A stretch of DNA of 64,000 nt from the human T2T-CHM13v2.0 reference genome, Homo sapiens. The notes under the pieces are model-generated. The model did no database searches. It was not told the origin of the DNA and saw only the letters and a list, made by a program, of their open reading frames with translations. Both the position numbers and the translations under genes were made by a program. The stretch lies in assembly GCF_009914755.1 (NCBI RefSeq), contig NC_060937.1; one strand, written 5' to 3'. Positions 26,334 through 38,450 of the stretch are shown here, piece by piece (position 1 is the first letter of the stretch; every line of letters begins with the position of its first letter).

Positions 26334-26339
26334 TTTATT
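26334..26339 (-). terminator. SLC7A1 distal poly(A) signal
   Basis: AATAAA on minus strand at the end of a long U-rich region. Confidence 0.8.
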
Positions 26340-27268
26340 CGAATTTGCAGAAGCATGAGATAATGTACCACAAAAGAGTTTGATTTTACAACATAAAGTA
26401 TGGTAGGAAGTGGTCAATGTACACAGTGTTGTCAGCAAAAAGGGGAGGCAGGGCAGTTTCACATTTTTTGAAAGGTGGTGGACGACAACTACACTTGTCC
26501 TTAAAGTAAAATAAAAGCAGGAGAGACCCAGCAGAGACCAACCTGATTTGCAGTTAGCATCAGAATCTAAATCTAGTATCACAACTTTAAGAAACTAAAA
26601 GAAAACTATTAGAAAAATAGAACATCAAACAAGCAAAAAAATATACAAATGTACATAATAAAAAACACACAACTCTTAATAATGGCTCCATGTTCAGTAG
26701 AAGAAAATATTTACTGGAGAAACCACAGCTATTCAGGTTTGATAATAAACCAACCCTCATTGGTATCATTACCCTTAGTGCTCCTTAAACTCATTGAAGC
26801 TGAAAGGCACAACTTAAGCAGGAAACTTATCATCTTAAATATATATTATAACTTCTCAAATGGGAAAATAAGTCCCAAACTTAATAGTCTGTCATCAAGA
26901 AACACAAAATCATTTGCCTTGTTAATAAATTAACAGTCTGAATGCATCTTTCCATCCTGCTTCCTGACCCTGCTGGACACACTAATAAATACCCTGAGAA
27001 AATCTTCTCTTTAAGCTTGGCCAAGGTACTCCATCTCCTGTGGGGTTTTCAGCTGGCACTCAGCACATTTGTAGAATGACCCAGGAGGGCTCCATGGCAA
27101 CTGTGCCCCGAGACTCCAGGCCCAGCCGGGTCCCGATGGCGAGAGCGTTGTGGCTCAGTGAAGCACTGGCACAGAAAGGCTGGACTCGAGGAATCGAGGG
27201 GTGAAGATGGAGTCGGCTGACATTTTTTGCCTTAAAAATACATTAGGAGTCATAAGCGTGATGACACA

Positions 27269-27276
27269 TGGAGTGT
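27269..27276 (-). promoter_or_regulatory. miR-122 8mer site (distal 3'UTR)
   Basis: Plus TGGAGTGT = ACACUCCA in mRNA, complementary to the miR-122 5' end UGGAGUGU. Confidence 0.7.
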
Positions 27277-28898
27277 AGCTTCTTGCACCACTGGATCAAC
27301 AGTCATCAATTTCATGACTCGGATAAGGTCCCCAGGAGCCTGGCAGAATGTACATCTCCCTCTCCCTTCAGAGCCTTACATATAATCTTCTCATGACGAT
27401 GGCAAACAGATATATTTTAAATTACACGTAACAATTATACATAGTGTATATCCAGATCCGTCTGCAGGCGAACTCTGCATCAGTTCCACATATAAGCCTC
27501 ACGCCCCCACCACCCTGCAATTTCCCCGTCCTCGGAACTGTCTCACGAGACCACCAGCGCACAGACACGAACATGCCTCTCACACACCCCAGAACGCAGC
27601 TGTGCTGGAGTTGGGCACAAAGGCCCCTCACTCCCTGTCTTCATGGTGTGGGTTCTTGGCTGCCAACAGAACTGTCAGCCTTTATTAAGAAGGAAGGGTC
27701 TGTGTAAAAATGGGATGTGTAAATCAGAAGAGGGGCCCTGGCACAGAGCCAGGCAGGCTTGCTTTAGCATTGAGTCCTGCGTCGCGCAATGCCCAGGACC
27801 TTGCCTGTTAAGTCTGGGTGGGGCCCCTATGGGGCATGTCCACGTGCCCCCGACCAGACTCATTGCCCTGTCTCCAGTCTCCACTGTGGGTTGGGCTGGA
27901 GGCCATGCCACGTGGGACTGCAAACACCAGCCAGTTCACAATGCCTGCTCCGTGGCAGGGGCACGGCAGGGAGGAGCTGGTATCATCAGCGTTTCCACCC
28001 ATCTGAACAAAGGTGAGCGGGCCATGCACCCTTCCAGCTGTGCACAGGGATGTGCTGAAGGTGCAGGAGGCAGTGCGTCAGGGCCTTGGTGGCTGGGGTA
28101 GGTGGAGAAGCCCGCTGCCCCCACCATCCTGCGGTCACCCCTGGACTCGTATTGGATCCTGGCCACTGTGCTAGAGTCAGCACAAGGGACCAGGTGGCTG
28201 GCTGCCTGAGAGAGAAAATAAGTCACAGTGGAAAGAGTTTTTACTGCTGCAAAAACCAAAAGTGGGGGGAGATCTCAGCAATTCTGACAACAGTATACAT
28301 TTAGCGACCTTTCTGAGACAGCCTGGGGAAAATGCATCTATCACTGTCCTCTTGATTTGGAAAAATAAATCCGATGCATAAAGCCTTGGACAAGGGTGTG
28401 TGAGCAGGGATGATAAGTAGAGTGGGGGGTGTGTAGAGGCCTGGTCTCCTCCGGACGGTGCCCCTCCCAACTGCAGAGCTGCCCTCCTGTAAGCCGGCTC
28501 CCGAGCCAGCTGCCAACAAGGCCCCCACTGCCTCCCTGGAGACCCACTTCATCCCCCTCTTCAGCAGAGGTCCTGAGGCAGGGGGGTGGAGATCTGCTGG
28601 GTTTGCTGCTTCATGAATTTGGGCCTTCGGAGGTCATGAACACATGCAGGGCAGTCACAGGGGTTGTGGGAGACAGGAAGGGATGTTTACCCATCACAAA
28701 TGGGTCTTTCCAATGTGGGTATTTGTGGCTGGTGCACAGATAAAAGTAGACACAATACTCCTTGGTGGGTGTGCCTCTAGTAATGTGTAAGTTCTGACTA
28801 TGTAGGAAAATCCTGGCCAGTGGAACTAAGAATATTCTTGTTTGGGCAAGGGAACTAAGAGATGTGAAACTATCATTTTTTTTTTGCTTGTGTGTATT

Positions 28899-28904
28899 TT
28901 TATT
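28899..28904 (-). terminator. SLC7A1 proximal (alternative) poly(A) signal
   Basis: AATAAA on minus strand ~2.5 kb after the stop; genomic A10 ~14 nt downstream. Confidence 0.6.
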
Positions 28905-30015
28905 TCAGGGAAAGAAATGAGGGATATGATAAGAAAAAGTCTATTAAAATTGTAAGGCTTACTCCAGACACCATTGCTTAAATCACTCCCCTCGCACACA
29001 GAGAGAAAACCCCTGGCAAGTGCACAAAAACACTACTCATAAAAGCACGGTGACCAGTGAACTATTATGCAAGGCACCCCCACGTGTCCTTTCCTAACCA
29101 GGAAGCCCGTCCTCTAAGGAGGGGGCATGGGTCCCATCCCTGCCCAGCCTAGGCGTGCTTCTGTGTCCAGCTTTAAGGCCTCTGCGTGAGGAAGGCCACA
29201 GACTCCCAGCTGTCAGCACGCTGTCATGATGAGACTTGGAGCAGGGGAGACGCACCTTCTCAATCTACAAAATGAGCCATGGCGCCCATTAAAATGTCAA
29301 ATGTCAACTCTAAATAGTCTATTGGGTGCTGTCTTGCACGGAAATCTCAGCCAGAAAGAAAAACTAGAGAAAAGAAAAAAAAGAAAAAAGCAATTCTCTC
29401 CCACCACTTCACTTTTCTTGGAGACTGTCTATCCCTCGAATTCTCTTTGCCTATGTAGAAAATAACGGAAAAAAAAATCAAGCAAATAACTACCAGGTCC
29501 TAAGACAAGAGACAACCAAAACCCCAACAAAATAAGTTAGTATTTATCAAAATATGTTACAACACCAATCTCCATAAATGTCAATATCACTCTTTGGAAA
29601 TCGGAGCTCTGGGCTCTTATGATGCTCCCTCTGGAACATTCAAAATGAGATCAGAATAAAGCTCCCAGCAAGGTGAGCAGGCCTGATACGGAGGCCCAGC
29701 CCATGGCCATCCACCCGCCCTCCACCGCCGTGTTCACAAATTCTTGCACTTCTCTCCAAGAACCTTCTGGGGGCACAGGGAGGGTACAAGTGCCCTCAAT
29801 TTATCAGGCTTCTTTCTACCAGATTTGTGTCAAAGGCCAGACTAGGAAGAAATGGAAAGGAAACTAAGTTTTGAAAGCAGCATTTCCATTTCCCCTGGTG
29901 TCCAAAATGCCCACGTCCCTCCTCCTCCCCCATCAGCATGGGCCTTCTGTCTCCTGAAGTAGACTCAGTGGAACGCTCCACCCACGTTCAGGTTTCCTCT
30001 GGCTCCCATCTACAA

Positions 30016-30022
30016 GGAGTGT
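30016..30022 (-). promoter_or_regulatory. miR-122 7mer-m8 site
   Basis: Plus GGAGTGT. Confidence 0.65.
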
Positions 30023-30287
30023 GTGTGAAATGGTGCTGGCCGCAGGCCCCGACCCAGGCAAGACGGGGGTGGCGTGCACTGGAGCTATGGGGGTGGGGAG
30101 GATGCTCGGGTCTCTCCCACTTGCAGAGGCGTGGGGTCCGAAGCATCCGGATGACAGATACACAAAAGGGACAGCAATATGCCTAGAAATCACCTCCCCT
30201 GCGACCCACGCATCTCAGCTATAGGACAGCCGCAGGGGTGATGACATGGCCATTTCCAAGTTAATGTTATGCCCTAACTTAATCTGG

Positions 30288-30301
30288 TGGAGTGTCACAA
30301 T
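30288..30301 (-). promoter_or_regulatory. miR-122 extended 8mer site
   Basis: Plus TGGAGTGTCACAAT vs miR-122 UGGAGUGUGACAAU: 13/14 identical. Confidence 0.85.
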
Positions 30302-30694
30302 TTCATGGACTGTGGATTGATTTCAATTTCATCATGTCACAGAGAGGCCAGACAGCTTATGTCAGGGCCAGAAACGCATGACCCCGACATGTCCTGACCC
30401 CAGACTGAGCTGCCACCAGCCTTGAGAACCTTACAGGAGCCACCAGACTGGCTCCAAAGCATGGGAGGGCAAGACTGAGTGAACGGTGGCGACTCACAGG
30501 AAACAGACTTCTGACTCGGCCACCATGGGGCCAGTCCTGCAGATACAGTCTCATGTTCCAGTTACTCAGGACACAGCCAGTCGGGGGAGACGGCAGGAGC
30601 AGCAAGAACTGGCCCAGGCCTGGAGGCCGTGAGCTGAAGGTCCCTGGTTTACATGCATGTGCACACACATGCATAAGCAAAGCAGGCCCTAATG

Positions 30695-30700
30695 GGAGTG
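30695..30700 (-). promoter_or_regulatory. miR-122 6mer site
   Basis: Plus GGAGTG. Confidence 0.45.
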
Positions 30701-31385
30701 ATCCCTTCTTCCTCATTTGAGTGGAGCCAGCTGCCCTCAGCCCCGGGCAGCTGTCATGGTGTCAGAGCAAAGCCCTGAGAAGCCAAGGGGCAGGCAGGGT
30801 CCGGCCCTAATGACCCAACTGAATGCAACCGGAGAAGGACAACAGGCCTGATTTTCCTTTTTAAGTGCACTACTGTCATTTGGCTCTGGGGTGGGGAGCT
30901 GCTGGGGACACACTGTTTTGTGGTACTCATCTGGCTTGATTGCTGGGTGTCTGGGGCTGAGCGGGAAGATGGCTGCGAAAGTTTGGAGTATGCACAATTT
31001 CAATCCCAGAACAGTCCCCGGGAGGAAGGCCTGGTTCCCAAGATAAGGAGAGAAGGTGACCTCCGTTCTGCCTGAGGCTGCGGCAGCTCGGGGCTGAGCT
31101 GGTAGGGGAGGAACTGCTTTGTTCAGAGAAGTGAGGAGACACAGTGGCCAGCCGCAGCCTAGTGGCCCCGGCCAGGCAGCTGTCTGGAGGTGACCAGGGC
31201 CCGGAGAACCGGCTGCAGAGCCGAGGGTGGGCTGGGGCTGCAGGTCAAGTAATTGCACCTTTGGCTGCAGTGAGGGTGTGGACGCAGGTGGTTTCTGTTG
31301 CACTGGTGGGGAGGGTGGGGTGCCTCCCGGTCCTCTGGGGGCGTCCCTCGGGGCTGCTGCCACCTCCGGGGGGCGGGGCTGTGCG

Positions 31386-31489
31386 TCACTTGCACTGGTC
31401 CAAGTTGCCGTCAGGAGTCCTTGCTTGGTCGGCATCCAGGGACGCCTCCTCGCTGTGCCACAGGCCATAGCCAAAGTAGATGATGAAGC
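31386..31489 (-). CDS. SLC7A1: SLC7A1 (CAT-1) coding exon 11, last (GFIIYFGYGLWHSEEASLDADQARTPDGNLDQCK*)
   Basis: ccgcag|GC acceptor; TGA at 31388-31386; cumulative CDS 1890 nt. Confidence 0.97.
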
Positions 31490-33043
31490 CTGCGGGCCGA
31501 CAGCAGAGACGGGCGTGAACAGACCGCCGGTTGCACCACCGCAGGCAGGGCTCAGAGCCCAGGGCGGTCCCACAGCAAACCCTCTCAGGCGGCCTGCCCC
31601 TGCCTGGCATGAGCCCGCAGCCAGCGGCCCCTGTGACCTTTCCACATCTGGAGCAGCTGCCACACGAAGGCCACTGTCTGCTTCGACATCTGGCAAAGCC
31701 CTACGTTCCTCTGGACGGCCTTATGCTGCGGTGTTTCCTGAGCAGACAGAGCAGCTGGGCCAGGGCCACCAGAGGCCATCGGGTCCTTCAGCTTAGCCCC
31801 CTGATGCCCCCGGAGGCCACGAGAGTATCGAGAATGTGCACTATGGAGATGGGGTTTCCCACAGGTGCTGGAGGTCTCCAGGCTCTCAGCCTGGACAGTC
31901 CCACTGCCCATTTCTCCACATAACTGAGCGTCAGACTGCAGGAGACACTGAGCCCCAGGAATGGACTTCACATAGGAGTCCACAGCCTGTTCCTGCACAC
32001 GGGACTCCAGGGTGGGTCCAGGACCTATGCTTCTTACCACCTGCCCAGGGGCTGGGGCCACCTTGTGTGGCTGACACAGGAAAACAGGCCTTAAAGCAAG
32101 GACTCAGCCACCCACAGCCCAGGAAAGGAGCTCAGGCTCCTGCACACAGGGACTTTGACAGGGATGCTGGGAAGAGGCGCCCCTCTGCCTTCACCAGGCC
32201 TGGAGGAAGTGGCCAGTGAGCTGTGAGCAGCTTTTTCTCAGAAAGGCTCTAGGAGACGTCTGTCTAACAGGCTGGACTTTGCAGGGAATGAGGACCCACC
32301 CGGCTGCCAGCAGACAGTGGGCCGCAAAGTATTTCCTGGAGGAAAAGCACCCCTCGAGGGCCCTGGGAGATGAGGCAGCAGCCATCTGCCCGTAGCATGC
32401 AAACTCAGGGCTGCGAGGCTGTAGGGACATGGTCCTGAGGGGCAATGGCCAGGGCCACTTTCCTGGCTATCAGCACTATGACTCAGATGCTGAGGGGAAG
32501 GAAATGAGATCCTCCCCTCCAGCCCCTGGGGTGAGATGCCCAGAGGCGTGGGACTACAGGCTGCACCCACCCCTGGTGATCTATCTCATGTGGAAGCTCC
32601 CCACCCTAGTGGCATCTCCCATAGGCTCCAAAGCACTCTCCCTCCACAGAGAAGACGCAATCACAGAGGAGCCCATGACATCCACCCTGCCTGGGCCTAG
32701 TGCCCGTACCAATTTGGTGCTGGGCAGGCCAGGGGGCCAGGAGGCACAGGCCAGACTTTCCTGTCTGGGGTGAAAATAACTGGTACCTTATCTGCAGCAG
32801 ACTCATCACCTTGTTCCTGTTAATATCAAGGTCTTGCCCAAAAGAATAAATAGTTTGGACAAGAAGCAATGGAAACAAAAAGTATCTAACAGGGAGGAGA
32901 GGACTCACAGCCTACCAGGGATTCAGCATTATCTTCGAGAAAGCTGCTGACTGGATGTGCGTCATTCTGTTATGAAATCTGAAACAAGGGAGACCCCCAG
33001 GGGAAGCCAGGATCTTGGACGTGCTGGCAGCAGCATCACATAC

Positions 33044-33152
33044 CTATCAGCATCCACACAGCAAACCGGACCCAGGTGCCCTGGTCCAGCTGCATCATGA
33101 GATAGACGTTCACGAAGATGCTCAGGATGGGGAGCACTGGCAGGAAGGGAAC
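33044..33152 (-). CDS. SLC7A1: SLC7A1 coding exon 10 ([36 protein letters not shown])
   Basis: cttcag|GTT, ATAG|gtatgt; 109 nt. Confidence 0.96.
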
Positions 33153-33613
33153 CTGAAGAGACAGGAGGTGGCCTCAATCCATGGCAGTGGCGCCGGTTCC
33201 AATAGTTCAGTAAAACTGTCTAGTAAAGGCAGCACAACTGAGAGTGACAGGGACCGTCGGGCGAGTGTGGGGAAGAGAGAGGGAGTGCCCACCCCCACTC
33301 CCACACCCCACACACAGCCCGCACCCAAACACACACACAAACACACCCAAGGGTACATCTTAGTAGGTGGGGATTTGATTCTAAGCTCTGAATGGCCAAA
33401 TGAACTCCATTCTCATTTTTCTCTGTTGCGATTCTCCTGCTAAAGAAAGGACTAGAAGACGGACCTCCACTTTACCTCTAAGGTCAACAACCTTTTTTAT
33501 TATTTGTGTAATCTAAAAATGCAGAAGCCTTGCCCGTCTCCAAGGCTTGGAAAACTCATGCATCAACTTGAGCAGACATTTACGAGAAGCATCCCACCAC
33601 CCCGGAGGGACTG

Positions 33614-33850
33614 CTCCACTGGGTCTGCTATTATGTATAAACTTAGGGGCAAGTGGCTTCATGAGCAGCACCCTTGATACTGTCTGGGGAAGAGGCAGCA
33701 CATTTCATAAAACACTGATCACAAGGGACATTTATTTTCCAGAGAATTCAGAAATAGATGCCGAATATCCAGGGACTGGCGAGGTCTCTCTTGGCCTGTG
33801 TCATGCAGGAAGGTGTCAGCCTGCCCTTGACTACTCAGGGAAACGTCCAG
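33614..33850. repeat. 237-bp intragenic direct duplication, copy A
   Basis: 12 substitutions and no indels versus 38696-38932. Confidence 0.97.
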
Positions 33851-34049
33851 GGGAGAAGGGCTGCTGCCTCCTTCCAGGGTCTGGTCCTCTCTGTGCCTTC
33901 AGGACCCCTGCCCCATCTTACCTGAAGCTGGCTAGCAAAAACCTTCCTCGGGAGCACCCAGGCCCGGCTGAGCCCACGCAGGGCTGGCCAGGCATCAGGA
34001 GGGCCAGGGTCTGTGTACCAGGGTTCCTTCCCTAGGCCGAGCTGCTCAC

Positions 34050-34216
34050 CTTAAATGAGAGCTTGGTCTTGCTCTCGGGCTGCCTCCAGATGACGCCCGT
34101 GACCACGGCACAGAGGAGGGCAGACCCTGCGAGCAGAAAGACTGCCCACAGCGCCCCTTTGGTGAGAGCCTCCCTTCCAAGCACGGTCACAATGCAGAAG
34201 GTGATGATGAGAACAG
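34050..34216 (-). CDS. SLC7A1: SLC7A1 coding exon 9 ([18 protein letters not shown]...ESKTKLSFK)
   Basis: cccttag|CT, AAG|gtgagc; 167 nt. Confidence 0.96.
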
Positions 34217-34478
34217 CTAAGGGGGAAGGAAAAGACAGCAAGCTGCAACTCAACCATTTCCCAATTTCCCACAGGCATCCACTGCTCTCCCCTAAACTTG
34301 TGGAGAGAGAGGCTCCATTTCCGAAGGCACAACTACAGTTAACACAGAGTAACTATGTCCCAGTCCAGGAGCAAGACAGATGCTCATCTTCTCTGGCACC
34401 TTCCCCCAACTCCAGCTCCACTGCCTAGAAACCATGCAATGCCAACAAGCAAGGCCCCAGGGAAGGGCTAGCTCTTAC

Positions 34479-34696
34479 CTATAAGGCTGGTTGAAATGTT
34501 CACAATTAGCCCAGAGATTTTGGAAGGCTCCATGTTTTTGGGTGAGAGTATGGTTTTCAAAGAGAACATCTCTGCCTCTGGTAAAAACCCCAGCTGGGAA
34601 TCATTGGTGCTTGCCAATTCATTTTGGTCTGCTGGATCTAACTCGTCGGAAGTACTGGCCATCTGGTATACCAGGTTAGGCTGCTCTGGCTGGTAC
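34479..34696 (-). CDS. SLC7A1: SLC7A1 coding exon 8 ([11 protein letters not shown]...VNISTSLI)
   Basis: tcccag|GTAC, ATAG|gtaaga; 218 nt. Confidence 0.96.
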
Positions 34697-36327
34697 CTGG
34701 GAAGAAAGGCATTGCGTGACCGCCACATCTGCTTCAAGCAAAATGACGTGCACCAACTCAAGTTCTCAATAAGCCTCCAAAGTGAGCTGCCCGGGACACA
34801 AGGTATAAAATGGGAAGGATATAGTCAAATGCTGCATTGTAGATAGACGAGGAGAGACCGGGAACACCACCTCCCGCTGTTGCTTCTGGGGAACATCCTC
34901 CATGGTCTCTCCTTCGGGGCGACATGACCTCCACCATGAGCAGCCCAGAGGAATACGCTGAGAGGATCTCTCTTGCTCTGAGAAGTGGCAGCGGCCCTCA
35001 GATGCTAAAGATACTAGGCCACTTCCCACAAAATTACTGCTGTAGGGAGCAAAAGGGAAGGAGAGAAATAGGAAGCAGTAATGCCAGGATCCTATTTGGC
35101 ACAGAGAGCCAGAGAAATGTGGCTGCAGGCTAGATGGATTTGAGAAATTCTATTTGTGTGACTTAATTGGATCAATTTATTTTAAAACTCCAAGTACCTT
35201 AGGGTAAATAATTCTATGTGGCTTGTTGGAGGGCCGAGCCTGCAGCGTGATTTCCAAGACATGAGCTACCTGCTAGTGGAGCATCCATTCTGAATGAGGT
35301 GCCTTATCTTCCCACCCGAAATGAACAGAGTGCAAATCTTTTCCACCAGCTTTGAAACACAGAGTTCTGTATGAATTATTTTGCATATGATCAATTCTAA
35401 GAGGGAGTATAAAGATATTAACCATTTTTGTATGGATTCACTTGTGCAACCCCACTCGGTCAATTAAGAAAGTGGGAGACCTCAGAGAATATTCTAGCAT
35501 TGGGCCCCTTGGGAGGAATAAGGGGTCCCCAATAGTCTTAGCTGATTCTAAAGAGCTTCTGCTAAGGCTCAGCCCGGGTTTTATGTGCATCAGCTGCTGA
35601 ACACCTTGGAAATGCAATCAATGGCCTTGCAGGTGGGAATCCCTGAAAAGAAATGAGGAGGCTCTTGAGGGGAGACCAGTGCTGAGCGTCTCCATGAGCA
35701 CAGGTTCTCAGGATGGAAGCTGCGCAGGGATGTGCTTTGGGAGTGGGTGCTGAGGCAGGTGAGAACACCGAGACACCAAGCCTAGGCCCAGAGCAGCTTT
35801 ACTGCGACTGCGAGAGGCTTGCCTGGCCCCCACCAGGCTATAACAAGCTGACTCCACAGTGTCTCTGAACATCAACCTAGGGCACGCCATGCCACATAAT
35901 GGGATTCATTCCTCCAGCCACAGCGCAACGAAGCTGCAGAAGCATTATGCTGAGCTGGGTTTCACAGGCCTTGGGTTTTCCTAACTCCTACCAGGGCAGC
36001 CCTCAATCCTCTCTGTCCCAAGAATCTGAACCAAGTTGCAATCAGTCTTCAAACCTTCTGATCCCAGGATCCTGGCCTAATAGTTGGACCGAGAATCTGT
36101 CTCTATCCACCCAACATTTAGCCATAAAAATGAGGGCACATGATAGAGGGGGGTGAGGGGCCACCCAACTCTTGCCAAGGACGTCCTCCTAACTGGGCTC
36201 TCAACCCAGGTCCTCCCCTCTCCTTGGCAGCTCCCAATGGAGCTATCACCAACCTAAAAGTTTCATTCATCACATAAACCATAGCTGAACTGTGAAAAGG
36301 CTACCAGGTGCATCTGCATTTCTGTCA

Positions 36328-36642
<315 letters not shown>

Positions 36643-36659
36643 TCACAGACACAGTCCTC

Positions 36660-36875
36660 AACAGACAGTAATCATCATTAACATTTGTATAGAGAATCCC
36701 TTCATTCTTGTGATTTTAATGGCAACTTTGTAAGCCATCCCTACATTATAGATATAAACATTCACAAAGGTTAGGAGACTCATCTAAGGTCACACAGTTC
36801 ACAAGCATAGGGTATAAGGATGTGAACTGGGTTCTTATGACTCTGAGTCCTGTGTGTCTTCCTCTAGACCATGCT
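36660..36875 (-). mobile_element. MIR SINE
   Basis: aggttaggagactcatctaaggtcacacag...tgaactgggttcttatgactctgagtcc. Confidence 0.65.
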
Positions 36876-36892
36876 GATTCACAGACTCATGT

Positions 36893-37115
36893 GCATCCAT
36901 CCATCATCCATCCTATCGGTCCATCCATTCTCCATCAATCCATCTGTCCACCTATCTTCCATTCATCCACTCACCATCCATCCATCAATCCATCTCATCC
37001 ATCTGCCCATCTCCCATCCATCTCATCCATCTATCTATCCATCCATCCATTCATCCATCCGATCCACCCATCCATCCATTCAGCATCTATCCATCTACCC
37101 ATCTTCCATCCATCC
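36893..37115 (+). repeat. Degenerate (TCCA)n tetranucleotide repeat
   Basis: Read directly; adjoins an L2-like 3' end. Confidence 0.93.
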
Positions 37116-38450
37116 AGCTCCGGTCAGAGTGTGCCCATCATTGGGTTCTAGGTACTCACTATTGAACAGGGCAGACCACAGTCCCCAGCCTTCCTGAGTG
37201 TACCCCACCAAGACACAGGCATTAGTGGACAACAGTGCTGGGTGATAAAGAAGGGCAAGTCTGGTGCTCTGGGAGGACTCACAGGAGGTCCTAACCCAGG
37301 CAGGCGGGCAGGAGAGCAGAGTTCTTCACATGTGAAGTCACTTCACGTGGAAGAAATCTGAAGAGTTGTTCTCAAACAATATAGTATCAGCCCCTTCACT
37401 GTGTCCCTTGCCTTTAAAATGAATTAAAACCTGCACCCTTATTTGAACATCTTTTGTGAGCGTTGTGAGAGTATACGTGTCTATTCACATGGGTGTGTAT
37501 GTCAAGTACTCATTAAAAAACAACTTGGCTACATCTGCTTTGGGATATTTTCAAAACACATGCAATCAACACAAGCTAAAATATAAACACAAAGCCATTA
37601 TTTTTCCACAAATATCTCTCAAGCCCCTCTAGATCACTGCAACTAAAACAAATTTAAATGGAGAATAAAACACAAAATTAAAGAGCAATGAGGGAGGGCC
37701 TTTTGGATAATCAGAACAGCGCCCAACTGTGCATGCCACAAATGCCGATGTTCCTACTCACGGGAAACTTGAGACTAATTTCTTCCATGTGAGGTGATTT
37801 TAGAAAACCAAATACTTATTTACCACTCCCACCAAATGAAAAGGGTAAATCCTGGATTTTGTGAATGGCATGTACTTTACAGTCACTTCAAAGAGCATGA
37901 TTTGATCTCCCTCTATCAGCAGGGGAAGGAAATTAAGGCCAGTCTTTAATATGATCAAATTCCACGTAAAGCCTGAGAAAACAATGACTATTTCCAAGTC
38001 CTTAATCCTGTAAATATACTGGTCACATTCTGATGTATAGTGCCTCTCAATCTGACCACTGTGGTCACTCTCAAGAGCATAGAATCACATAAGAAAATGT
38101 TTCATAATTTAAAAATAGGTGTGTTTTATTATACAATATTAATCCACAAAACTAAGCACAGTTTGCTAAAGGCATAAATGCTAATAAAACTTAGTGAATA
38201 ATTCATTCATTTAAGAAGGTCAAGTGCCTTACCAATGGCTATTTGACAAGTCGCTGTGTTAGAAACTGTGACTGATCTCACATGCCCTAATTTGCCAAAA
38301 AGACCCACTGCTCTGCTCAGACTCTGGAAGGAGCTTGGCTACTTTGGCATAAAAACAACCCTGGAATCACAAGGCCGCTCCACCGCCCTGGGTGCACATC
38401 CTCGCTTCACCTCCCTGGGCCTCCACTTCTACATCTGTACAGTGGGCTGA

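Larger units (their letters stand above)
26315..31385 (-). other. SLC7A1: SLC7A1 long 3'UTR (end approximate)
   Basis: From stop codon to distal AATAAA (plus-strand TTTATT 26334-26339); U-rich blocks and miR-122 seed matches. Confidence 0.85.

Noticed and set aside
36722-36745. Minus-strand RDGL-coding stretch resembling a relic CAT-2A-type mutually exclusive exon
   Set aside because: Only four codons, followed quickly by a stop, inside a MIR remnant and without splice sites
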